Shown piece after piece: positions 1 to 8,388 of a stretch of 64,000 nt of DNA (positions are counted from its first letter, which is position 1; each line of letters opens with the position of its first letter). The DNA is taken from positions 384,001-448,000 of the forward strand of contig CAVPNL010000001.1 of assembly GCA_963706575.1 (NCBI GenBank), read 5' to 3'. The position numbers and the translations under genes were made by a program. The notes beneath the pieces are model-generated. The model saw only the letters and a list, made by a program, of their open reading frames with translations, was not told the DNA's origin and searched no databases. This stretch comes from an uncultured delta proteobacterium. Its GTDB lineage: Bacteria > Desulfobacterota > Desulfobacteria > Desulfobacterales > JAHEIW01.

Positions 1-816
1 TTTTTAGATCATCCGGCAGAGAGTTCCAGGTTTCCATGTTCATCAGGATGTGTCCGGGAACCACGTCGTTTTGCCCGCCCAGTATTCGGTAGGGTGCGAC
101 CTCATGCCATTTGAGACCGGTTACGGCACTCACATCCCACTGGGAGGCATCGATGGTGCCCAGCTTGAGGCCCATATAAGCTTCCATGCCGCTAATATTC
201 GTTCCGCGAGCGCCTAATGCATTGTAATAATCGGCCCAGGATCCCTCAACCCTGAATTTTAGTCCCTTCATGTCCGCACAAGAGGTGATTTTTTTGGTGG
301 ACAAGGTGAAAAGCGGTCCGTAGGAATGGACATCCAGCCAATAGAGCCCCTGTTTGGCGTATTCCTTGCGCAGCAGATCCGCAAACCCGGTTTCCAAAAA
401 GAAGCTGCGAATTGCTTCCCCGGCCTGGTATACATCCGGTTCTCCGGGAAGGTTATAGGCATAGGGCAGGCCGAATTCCACTTCACCCACCGGAACGATA
501 CCGCCCCACATGGCAGCCACTGCATGCAGCATGGTCAGCGTGCCTTTCTTGGTCGCTTCGAAGAGCTGTTCACCGGGAACCAGCTCCGGATCGGCAAACA
601 CCTGGATTTTGATGCGCCCTTTGCTGAGTTTATCCGCAGTCGCTGCAAATTCTTTTAATAACTCCATGGAAAGATCGCCGCGCGGATAGGCAGATTGAAT
701 CTTCATGCGATAAACTTTTTCGGCTGCGTCGGCAGTTAAACTTCCAAAGGTGATACTGATGACAAAAAATGCCCTATCAGTAAAGCGCCGAGCAGAAATA
801 CTTTTTTCGCTTTCAT
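1..816 (-). CDS. dctP: TRAP transporter substrate-binding protein DctP (3' end beyond the window; 1-nt frameshift in the signal-peptide region at ~772-774)
   Basis: Not in the ORF track; translated by hand. RBS TAAGGAGG then ATG at 816 gives MKAKKVFLLGALLIG / AFFVISITFGSLTADAAEKVYRMKIQSAYP...GRIKIQVFADPELVPGEQLFEATKKG...DMKGLKFRV...EAYMGLKLGTIDA...HEVAPY...NMETWNSLPDDLK, a typical DctP pattern. Confidence 0.85.
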
Positions 817-1144
817 ATCTTACCTCCTTATTTGATAATTAATGCGTAATTTCAGAAATTGATTTTCTAATTTATCACCCCCCTTGCAATTAAATGAAAC
901 CCCACAGATATCTACCTGTTTATTAGGCTGTCGTTGGAAATGAACTTAAAAATGCGTGAATATGAATATGCATCATTGATGACAGGGCGGCCACCAGTGC
1001 TGCTCTGCCAATTTGGATCTGCTATATGAATTGTGGTTGCGCTGAATCTATCTGCTTTCAGAAGATTAAGCCTTACGACGAATGAAATTTATTATCTGAT
1101 TTGAGAAAATATATTTAAATTCGTTTATTTCATATCCGCGGCAT

Positions 1145-1564
1145 CTATGTCAACCGGGAAGTTCGGTAGGAGCCGACCACTGCGTCGGCTTCAATTTCCA
1201 CCAGATGATCCGGACGGGCCAGGGCCTTTACTTCTGCCATGGTAATCACGGGCCGGATCTCTTTAAACCATTCAGAGTAAGCTTTAATGTATTCCTGCCC
1301 CCTGGTGATATCGGTGACGTAAAAACGGACTCTGACCACATCCGAGATTCTGGCACCGGCCCGCTTCAACACCGCTTCAATTTTCTGTAGAATTATTTTG
1401 GTTTGCAGATAGGCATCGCCGACGCCCTCTACCTCACCCTCAGCGTTGGTGGTCGTTGTTCCGCCCACAAAGACCATATTTCCGACCCTCACCGCGCGGC
1501 TGTAACCGGCTTTTTCCTCAAAAGGTGCACCGGATGAAAAATTTTGTCTTTTTAATAAATCCAT
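1145..1564 (-). CDS. Rid (YjgF/YER057c/UK114) family protein, Rid7-like
   Basis: SSGAPFEEKAGYSRAVRVGNMVFVGGTT...DVVRVRFYVTDI...RPVITMAEVKAL...LVEIEADA; lacks the PAR arginine of RidA proper. Confidence 0.85.
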   Translation of the reverse strand: MDLLKRQNFSSGAPFEEKAGYSRAVRVGNMVFVGGTTTTNAEGEVEGVGDAYLQTKIILQKIEAVLKRAGARISDVVRVRFYVTDITRGQEYIKAYSEWFKEIRPVITMAEVKALARPDHLVEIEADAVVGSYRTSRLT

Positions 1565-1625
1565 TGCTCGGCTGCCGCCCTTTCAGTCATACAATCCGGA
1601 TTCCTTATCCTCTGACTTTGAAATC

Positions 1626-3086
1626 TTATGCCCTTTTTTCAGTCCCATAGCGGTATCGCAGATCATCGGTCATCACGCAGCGTCGAATCTGGGTAAATAT
1701 TCTGGGCCGGGTGTGTCCTTCGCCATTGGTGGCGATATGAAATGAAACAAATCCTTCACCGGTAACGCCAACGCCGCCGAGGCCGCAGGCCCCATTTTTA
1801 ACAAATGAGGCACAGCGCGCTTTGCTGGCCATTTTCTGGATGTTGGTAATGCTGTTGGAATGGATGGCCATGGTGTGGCCCATATTTTGCTCGGCGGCCA
1901 ATGCCCATTCGATGGCCTGATCGACATTCGCACAACGGACCAGTGGCAGGACCGGCATAATCTGTTCGGTCCAAACCAGGGGATGATTTTGGTCGGTTTC
2001 CAGAATGACGATTTGGGCATCGTTTCCCACTTCCAGGCCGATGGAGTTGAGTATGAATCCCGGCGTTTTGCCGATAAAGTCCATATTAATAACGCCCGGT
2101 TCAGCCGGTCCTTTGACTTCCTTGAAGATATGTTTGAGCAGCTTTTTGCCCTGATCCGCAGAAATTTCGTAGGCGCCGTATTTTTTTAGATGTTCTTTAA
2201 GTTGTTCCGCCGCGGATTCAACGACAAAAATTTCCTTTTCACTGGCGCAGGCGGTACAATTTGAAAAGGAAGCGCCCTGGATAATGCATTTTGCTGCACG
2301 GTCCAGATCCGCTGTTTCGTCAACCACAACCGGAGGATTACCGGGCCCACCGGCGATAACGCGTTTGCCGGTTGAGGTCGCAAAGTCGACCACCCCATGG
2401 CCGCCGGTTACCGCAATCATGCCGACGTCTGGATGGGTCATCAGCTCTTGGGCGGAGGGCACCGTCGGTTCTTCCAGGCAGCAGATGCAATTTGGCGGTC
2501 CCCCGGCGTTTACGATGGCATGGTTCAGATCCCGAATGACGCGGGCGGATACCTTCTTAGTTTTGGGGTGAGGATTATCGATTACCGTGTTGCCGCCGGA
2601 CATCATCATAATGGCATTGAAAATTATGGTGGGAGCGCCGTTGGTGACCGGATTAACCGAGGCAATCACGCCGATCGGCAGTCGTTCTATAATGGTGACA
2701 CCCTTATCACCGGCATAGACCTCGGGAGTTAGATCCTCCATTCCCGGCACATTGCAGGCAGAGCGGACCTTGGCCACATTGTCGTCCGGTTTGCCCAGCC
2801 CGGTTTCTTCAAATTCCATGCGGCCGTATTCATCAGCATTGGCCAGACCGGTTTCGCGAATGGCCTGGATGAACCTCCGGCGGTCTTCAACCGGTGCATC
2901 CAACAGTTTTTTCTGAGCGCTGACAGCCGCATTTATGCAGGTTCCCATGTCCCGGAAAACGCCGTCGCCTGCAGCCGGCTTTTTTTTAGAGGGATTTTCC
3001 ATCTGATGGTCATCGATATTCTGCTCGGCAAGCTTTGCAATAACCTTTTCCACGATTTGGGTGACAACTTTTTCATCAAAATCCAT
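1626..3086 (-). CDS. eutE: BMC-associated CoA-acylating aldehyde dehydrogenase (EutE/PduP family) with N-terminal encapsulation peptide
   Basis: PIGVIASVNPVTN, GNTVIDNPHP, VTGGHGVV, AGGPGNPPVVVDETAD, catalytic C-A-S-E-K-E, EQIMPVLP, FVKNG, GEGFVSFHIA; N-terminus MDFDEKVVTQIVEKVIAKL is amphipathic. Confidence 0.9.
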   Translation of the reverse strand: MDFDEKVVTQIVEKVIAKLAEQNIDDHQMENPSKKKPAAGDGVFRDMGTCINAAVSAQKKLLDAPVEDRRRFIQAIRETGLANADEYGRMEFEETGLGKPDDNVAKVRSACNVPGMEDLTPEVYAGDKGVTIIERLPIGVIASVNPVTNGAPTIIFNAIMMMSGGNTVIDNPHPKTKKVSARVIRDLNHAIVNAGGPPNCICCLEEPTVPSAQELMTHPDVGMIAVTGGHGVVDFATSTGKRVIAGGPGNPPVVVDETADLDRAAKCIIQGASFSNCTACASEKEIFVVESAAEQLKEHLKKYGAYEISADQGKKLLKHIFKEVKGPAEPGVINMDFIGKTPGFILNSIGLEVGNDAQIVILETDQNHPLVWTEQIMPVLPLVRCANVDQAIEWALAAEQNMGHTMAIHSNSITNIQKMASKARCASFVKNGACGLGGVGVTGEGFVSFHIATNGEGHTRPRIFTQIRRCVMTDDLRYRYGTEKRA

Positions 3087-3140
3087 GTGGCTTCTCTTTC
3101 CTTTTAAATAAAAATCGCTTCGCGTCTCGTTACACAGAGA

Positions 3141-4064
3141 TCAGCTGTCGTTATAATAATCCTTATTTAGCGGATCATAATCTGCCAGCTCTTCTTTTTC
3201 CTCTGAAAAGAAATCCTGCCGTCTTCTGACACCGTCTTCAATTCTCGACAGGCGCTCGGCGGTGGCATCTTTGTCCGTGTATGCGATTTCATGAACCAGG
3301 GCACCTAAAAAGGTAATGATATGTGAAAAGGGATCAATAAATGAAAAGCCTTCCATATCGACAACGACATAGTGATCCGCCAGATTAATTATGGGTGACT
3401 TCAAGGCGTCGCTCAAGCAAACCACCTGGGCCTGATACTGTTTGGCGTACTCAATGATTTCAATGGCCCGCATGGGATAGCGCGGAAAGGCAATCACAAA
3501 CAACAGCAAGGACTTACCATGCACCGCGATGTGATCCAGATTGTCGGAGGTATAAGCCGTGTCGATCAGCACCCCTTCTTTGATTTTTTTTAAGAGATAT
3601 CCCAAATAAAAGGCCAGGGAGGCTGAGGCTTTATAGCCGACCACCAGGACCGATTCTGCCTGAAAAATCATTTGCGCAAGATTTTTTATCTCTGCTTCGG
3701 AAACCGATTTCACCATATTTTCCAGGTTCGTTACCGTGTTTTGGCTGTACGCGTTTAACGTGTTAGTTGTTTTGGTTTCCGGGTCAACTTTCAGCAGCCT
3801 TTCTACACTGGTCAATTCATCGCGCAGCATTCCCTTAAGATATTGCTCAAATTCACCGTAACCGTTGAAACCCAAATCCATCACGAAACGGGTGATGGTG
3901 GGCTCACTCACCTGGCATTTTTGAGCGATTTCCTTGGCGGTTGTCAAAAAAAGCCGTTTGTAATCCTCCATCATAAAGTCCGCCACCCGGCGTTTTTTGG
4001 GTGACAGGCTGGGACGAATGCGGACAATTTGTTCAAAAAGCTCTTTTCTGACGGTTTCAATCAT
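3141..4064 (-). CDS. MurR/RpiR family transcriptional regulator (HTH + SIS)
   Basis: LSPKKRRVADF...TAKEIAQKCQVSEPTITRFVMDLGFNGYGEF HTH; SIS domain IAFPRYP...LSDALKSPIINLAD. Confidence 0.9.
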   Translation of the reverse strand: MIETVRKELFEQIVRIRPSLSPKKRRVADFMMEDYKRLFLTTAKEIAQKCQVSEPTITRFVMDLGFNGYGEFEQYLKGMLRDELTSVERLLKVDPETKTTNTLNAYSQNTVTNLENMVKSVSEAEIKNLAQMIFQAESVLVVGYKASASLAFYLGYLLKKIKEGVLIDTAYTSDNLDHIAVHGKSLLLFVIAFPRYPMRAIEIIEYAKQYQAQVVCLSDALKSPIINLADHYVVVDMEGFSFIDPFSHIITFLGALVHEIAYTDKDATAERLSRIEDGVRRRQDFFSEEKEELADYDPLNKDYYNDS

Positions 4065-4087
4065 ATTTTAGCTCATTTTATATTTTT

Positions 4088-4708
4088 CTAGTGCTCACGC
4101 CCGGACAAGGCAGCCAGGGCTGACTCTGCCGCCAGTTTACCACTGAGGACATCCGATGGCTCACCGGCGAAGTAAACCCGGCCGCTGGCACCATATACCG
4201 TGACATGATTGAGGGTGATATTGGCTGCCTTTTCGGCTTCATTGGCAGCATATCCGGCATATCCGGCCGGGACGACTTCCAGAATATAAAGGGTTTCATC
4301 GCTTAGCGATAGACTGGCAGCCCGAAACCGGTTTACGATTTGGCTCATATGCGGATCGATTCGTTCGACGGTCTCGGTGGCTAGGATCTTGGGTTTAAGA
4401 CGGTCGGTTTCTTTGCAACCCAGATAATCCAGGATAACCTCGCCGGCCTGTTTCACATCGGCGGGCGAATCGGCGTGAACCTCCAGCATGCCATAGGTTC
4501 TTTCCACTACCAGCGCCCCGGGCCGCACATTGGACCTTTTCATGACCGCATCGGTGATTGAGTTAATCTCAATGCCCGGCGCGATTTCCACAAAAAGGGC
4601 AGCCTGACCGGTTATCGGATAATAGCCGCGTGAGGTCGAGCCGATATAACCGACCATCTGTTTTTGTAATTGATCGATGTAGGCAAATGCTCTAAGATCT
4701 ATCTTCAT
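4088..4708 (-). CDS. BMC shell protein, circularly permuted tandem domain (BMC-T dp, CcmP/CsoS1D-like)
   Basis: LRAFAYIDQLQKQ, ALFVEIAPGIEIN, VVERTYGMLEVH, LYILEVVPAGYAGYAANEAEKAA, GASGRVYFAG. Confidence 0.9.
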   Translation of the reverse strand: MKIDLRAFAYIDQLQKQMVGYIGSTSRGYYPITGQAALFVEIAPGIEINSITDAVMKRSNVRPGALVVERTYGMLEVHADSPADVKQAGEVILDYLGCKETDRLKPKILATETVERIDPHMSQIVNRFRAASLSLSDETLYILEVVPAGYAGYAANEAEKAANITLNHVTVYGASGRVYFAGEPSDVLSGKLAAESALAALSGREH

Positions 4709-4711
4709 AAT

Positions 4712-5917
4712 TTATATGCTCTTCAGCCATTCGCGTTTGTTCGGACAGACAGCCGTTATGGTGGTACAGGCTGCATTTCCCTGACAGGCGCACTCTTTGT
4801 CGCCGCCCTTGCTGAATCGGCCGTAACAGAAATCGGTAATGGGTATCGACGGTTGACAATCCATGATCAGTTGGCTGATCAGCCGGCCGATTACCGGGGC
4901 CAATCCGAAGCCGTGGCCGCTAAAGCCGGTGGCAAAAACAAAACCGGGGACTTCTTCTGCAAAGCCTAACACCGGCAGGGCGTCTGACATCTGGGCGATA
5001 AGGCCTGACCACATCCGAATCACGTTTAAATTCTTCAGTATCGGGAAATAATCAATAACCATCTCGGAAATCGCCGGCCCGATGAAATGAAACAGCGGCT
5101 TGCCTTCGCGATGGATGAATTGTTCGGTGCCGACAAATCCTCCCCAAAAGAAGGAACCGTGTCCGGTTTGCCGGCCGTAAAACAACCCTTTGGCATGTCC
5201 GACCATCTGCTGAAATAACGGAGGGTAGGGCTCAGTAATCAGGGCCTCGGAAAATACAGGTCGCATCGGCAAATCCAGGCCGGCCATGTTGGCCACTTTT
5301 CGTCCGGCTACACCGGCGGCATCCACCACCAGGTCAGTTTCAAAAATGTGCTTATCGGTTACCACACCGCTAATTTTACTTTTTTTTAGTCGAACCTCCA
5401 TGACTTCTTCATGCGTAAAAAACCGGGCCCCGAGATTCTTGGCCTTTTTAAAAAAGCCGTAAGTGACCAAAAACGGATTGACATGACCGTCCGTGGGGCA
5501 GAAACTGGCACCGAGAACCTTCTCTCCGATATGAGGATTAATTTCCAACACCTGTTTGCGATCCAGCATCGTCAGCTCGAGTCCAACAGTCTTTTGGTTT
5601 TCTACCGACTGACGCATGGTTTCCAGCTCTTCTTCTGAAGTGCAGAGCCGCAGATTGCCCGCCCTTACATATTCCACATCCATATCCAGTTCTTCATGGA
5701 GGTGGCCGTATATCTGTATGCTTTCCATGGCCAACGGCATTTCTTTAAGATTGCGTGCAGACTGGCGTACACCACCGCCATTGCTGCCAGATGCTTCTCC
5801 ACCGATGTCTGATTTTTCAATCACCACCGGTTTCAGGCCTTCTTTGGCCAGATTGTAAGCGATGGCGCAGCCCATCACGCCTCCGCCGATTATAACTGCA
5901 TCTGCTTTTTCAGGCAT
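4712..5917 (-). CDS. FAD-dependent amine oxidoreductase, sarcosine oxidase beta / MgdA / DadA-like catalytic subunit
   Basis: IIGGGVMG dinucleotide fold, ASGSNGGGVRQ, DGHVNP, RMWSG, ATGFSGHGFGLAPVIG; Cys-rich C-terminal tail. Confidence 0.85.
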   Translation of the reverse strand: MPEKADAVIIGGGVMGCAIAYNLAKEGLKPVVIEKSDIGGEASGSNGGGVRQSARNLKEMPLAMESIQIYGHLHEELDMDVEYVRAGNLRLCTSEEELETMRQSVENQKTVGLELTMLDRKQVLEINPHIGEKVLGASFCPTDGHVNPFLVTYGFFKKAKNLGARFFTHEEVMEVRLKKSKISGVVTDKHIFETDLVVDAAGVAGRKVANMAGLDLPMRPVFSEALITEPYPPLFQQMVGHAKGLFYGRQTGHGSFFWGGFVGTEQFIHREGKPLFHFIGPAISEMVIDYFPILKNLNVIRMWSGLIAQMSDALPVLGFAEEVPGFVFATGFSGHGFGLAPVIGRLISQLIMDCQPSIPITDFCYGRFSKGGDKECACQGNAACTTITAVCPNKREWLKSI

Positions 5918-6007
5918 CTGTTCTCCTGTTTGAAACGTCAGGAATTCAATATTCGCTATTCGTTATTCAAAATCTTTTAAAACAATTAAAGATGTGACAA
6001 TTAAAAA

Positions 6008-6688
6008 CTAGCTATTGGCAAATGCGGACAACCTCAGCGGCCGTACCGGCCCTCTGGCGGTTGTCGGCTCTATTTCGGCAAGGCTCAATCCCAATTCTTC
6101 AGCCAGGATCTGGCTTACAAGGCGCTGACAGGTTTGCCCCTGGCACAGCCCCATTCCGGCCCGGGTGATCCGTTTAATGCCGTTTAGGGTTTGCATGCCA
6201 TTGCGAATGGCGTCTTTAATTACGCCTTTGGTAATTTCTTCACAGCGGCATATGATCATATCATCGTCATCCGATGGGATTTGTCGGGATTCAGTCGATG
6301 TCTCCTTTTTACGATTCGGTTTATCCGGTTCACGCCCTTTCAGCTGTTTAATTCGTTCGACAACCCGATTGGCAAGGGCCTCGATGGCTTCTTCTGAGAA
6401 TTGGCCACCCGATATGCCCGGCGCATGGCTTTTCGATGGTCTGTTAGCAGAGGTAGGCCGGGTAGATCGGTGCATCTTTGCTTTTTTACCAGCCGGCTGT
6501 TTAGCCGGCTGAATTGCCGCAGTCAGCGATACGGCTCCTGGAGGCGTGGTTTTGATGTGGAGCTGATGTTCTTTAATCAAATCAGCGGCGGCGGCAGATA
6601 GAATTGCACCCTCGGGAACCTCAATTTCTTTGTTAGCGCCATCGATGATTTGTTTTACCTGCTGTGAGAATATGAATACACGGGCCAT
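6008..6688 (-). CDS. BFD-like [2Fe-2S] subunit of the dehydrogenase complex, fused to a BMC-type N-terminal domain and an internal encapsulation peptide
   Basis: C-terminal IICRCEEIT...KRITRAGMGLCQGQTC...RGPVRP (SoxA/HcnB/opine oxidase C-terminal module); internal FSEEAIEALANRVVERIKQLK helix between low-complexity linkers. Confidence 0.85.
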   Translation of the reverse strand: MARVFIFSQQVKQIIDGANKEIEVPEGAILSAAAADLIKEHQLHIKTTPPGAVSLTAAIQPAKQPAGKKAKMHRSTRPTSANRPSKSHAPGISGGQFSEEAIEALANRVVERIKQLKGREPDKPNRKKETSTESRQIPSDDDDMIICRCEEITKGVIKDAIRNGMQTLNGIKRITRAGMGLCQGQTCQRLVSQILAEELGLSLAEIEPTTARGPVRPLRLSAFANS

Positions 6689-6700
6689 TTAGTTCTCCCT

Positions 6701-7318
6701 TTATGGTGTTCGACCTTTTATCTTTCCAAGTGTTTCGACGACTTTTTGGGCTGCCGCCTGAATTTCCGACTCGGTGCCGGCCATATAGATGCGTCCGGAA
6801 GCCCCAAAAAAACGGATATCAACCAGCCGGACACCGCAATGCTTCTCAGCTTCATTGGCAGCGATGGATGAATAGGCCGCCGGTGTGACCTCCAGCAGAT
6901 AGACATCGTCACCGCCTAAAATCAACATTCCCTTGCTGTTGCGGTTGATAATCACCGCCTGGTATGGATCAATTTTATTGATGATGCTGGTTGCCAGAAC
7001 ACTGGGCGCCAGACGTTCTTCCTCTTTGAGCCCCAGCTCATCCAATATCATGCTGCCGGCATGCAGAACTTCTGCCTGTTCAAACGAGTGGATTTCCAGC
7101 ATGCCATAGCGTCTTTCAACAATCATTTCCCCGGGTTTTGAATTGGTGGCCTTGAGCGCAATATCCGACAAGCGGTTGATCTCGACGCCGGGGACGACCT
7201 CCACGAAAAGGGAAGCCATGCCCTCTACAGAAAGAAAACCTCGACAGGCGCTTGCAAACAAAGATGCAAACTGGGGTTGCAACCGATCCAGATAGCAATA
7301 GGCTCTGAGTTCAGCCAT
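6701..7318 (-). CDS. BMC shell protein, circularly permuted tandem domain (second BMC-T dp paralog)
   Basis: LRAYCYLDRLQPQFAS, SLFVEVVPGVEINR, IVERRYGMLEIHS, AANEAEK, GASGRIYMAG; collinear with 4088-4708. Confidence 0.9.
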   Translation of the reverse strand: MAELRAYCYLDRLQPQFASLFASACRGFLSVEGMASLFVEVVPGVEINRLSDIALKATNSKPGEMIVERRYGMLEIHSFEQAEVLHAGSMILDELGLKEEERLAPSVLATSIINKIDPYQAVIINRNSKGMLILGGDDVYLLEVTPAAYSSIAANEAEKHCGVRLVDIRFFGASGRIYMAGTESEIQAAAQKVVETLGKIKGRTP

Positions 7319-7360
7319 TCATTTGTCTCCTTGGTAGCAGTTTAATATCTCCATCTAATG

Positions 7361-7516
7361 TTGATAATCTCGTAAAAAGTTAGAAAAGCAGCTGTTTACG
7401 AGTGTGTTTTGTATTTGGTGTTTAGTGTTTAGTATTCTAACATGCCGATATAGCATCATCTATTTCATGCCAAACACCAAACACTTGATGAATTCGGCTT
7501 TTTACGAATTCATCAA
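7361..7516. repeat. REP/MITE-like element with terminal inverted repeats
   Basis: TTGATAATCTCGTAAAAAGT (7361-7380) and GCTTTTTACGAATTCATCAA (7497-7516) are imperfect reverse complements; inner arms TTTGGTGTTT / AAACACCAAA. Confidence 0.7.
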
Positions 7517-8349
7517 TGTTCAGTCTTAATAATTTGAATCGAATACTCCTTCGCTAAATCCCGGGCCAATGGTGTCACGATTCCCCCGGGTGCCAGCGTG
7601 ATTGCATTCTGGTTTTCAGCAACGGCCATATAAATTACTTTGGCTGTAACCAGTTTTATCGCACCGGTGCTATTTTCTGTTTGCGTTTTAATTGTTGCGG
7701 GTGAAGGGATGGGGACGGTTTTGGCTGGTTTAATACCGGATAACATTTTCTGAAATGTTGAATGTAATTGATCTGTTGGACAAAAAACCATCCCGAAGCT
7801 CTCAAGTTTTCTTAAAATTTGGTCGATTTCACTGCGCAGGGCTTCATTGGCAAGGATGTCACACACCAGAAATCCGTCGCTGGCAGCCAGAACCCGTTTG
7901 CCCTGCAGCAATGCGGTGAACACGATACCGGACTCTTGATCATCACAGATCAGGCTGGCGATTTTGGCGGCTGTTTTCAGACAGAAGGTGGGTAAAACCA
8001 GTATATCGGCCTTTTGCAAAGCCTTCTCCAACCCCGCCGGTTTGACCGTATCCAAAATACATTTGATGCCGGCGCCCTCTTTGACATCGGCGCCGCAAAC
8101 CCAGGAACGGGCAGATTCAACCGTATAGACGCTGGACCGGCGGGCGGTCTCTTCTATTTTTTGGATCTGTGCAAGTGCCTGATCCAATTTGCGGACACCG
8201 GCATGAAAAATATTTAATACCGCCGGCCCTTTGCCGGGGGAATCTACAGGTCGGGACGGCGGGTTGCGCGATGATCCTTTGGGCAAGCCGGTTTCGTTGA
8301 GAACCTGTCGAACGATTTTGCTGATTTCTTTTTTGAGCTTATCCGTCAT
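7513..8349 (-). CDS. BMC-associated flavoprotein-fold / PduM-like protein with N-terminal encapsulation peptide
   Basis: N-terminal MTDKLKKEISKIVRQVLNE; core ADILVLPTFCLKTAAKIASLICDD...ALLQGKRVLAASD; C-terminal KLVTAKVI...GIVTPLARDLAKEYSIQI domain typical of BMC accessory proteins. Confidence 0.7.
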   Translation of the reverse strand: MTDKLKKEISKIVRQVLNETGLPKGSSRNPPSRPVDSPGKGPAVLNIFHAGVRKLDQALAQIQKIEETARRSSVYTVESARSWVCGADVKEGAGIKCILDTVKPAGLEKALQKADILVLPTFCLKTAAKIASLICDDQESGIVFTALLQGKRVLAASDGFLVCDILANEALRSEIDQILRKLESFGMVFCPTDQLHSTFQKMLSGIKPAKTVPIPSPATIKTQTENSTGAIKLVTAKVIYMAVAENQNAITLAPGGIVTPLARDLAKEYSIQIIKTEH

Positions 8350-8388
8350 AATTTCCTTAAAATCTCCGGCAAACGGCTGCCGAATTCA

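Noticed and set aside
268..658. Three short ORFs from the track (268-525, 326-658, 412-612)
   Set aside because: They overlap the real dctP frame, which the track missed because it runs off the window edge.
5943..5970. AATTCAATATT half-match to the shared operator within the BMC operon (also at ~11836-11850)
   Set aside because: Only partial matches in AT-rich or heptamer-like sequence without the associated TTGAC spacing; insufficient to link the BMC to that regulon.
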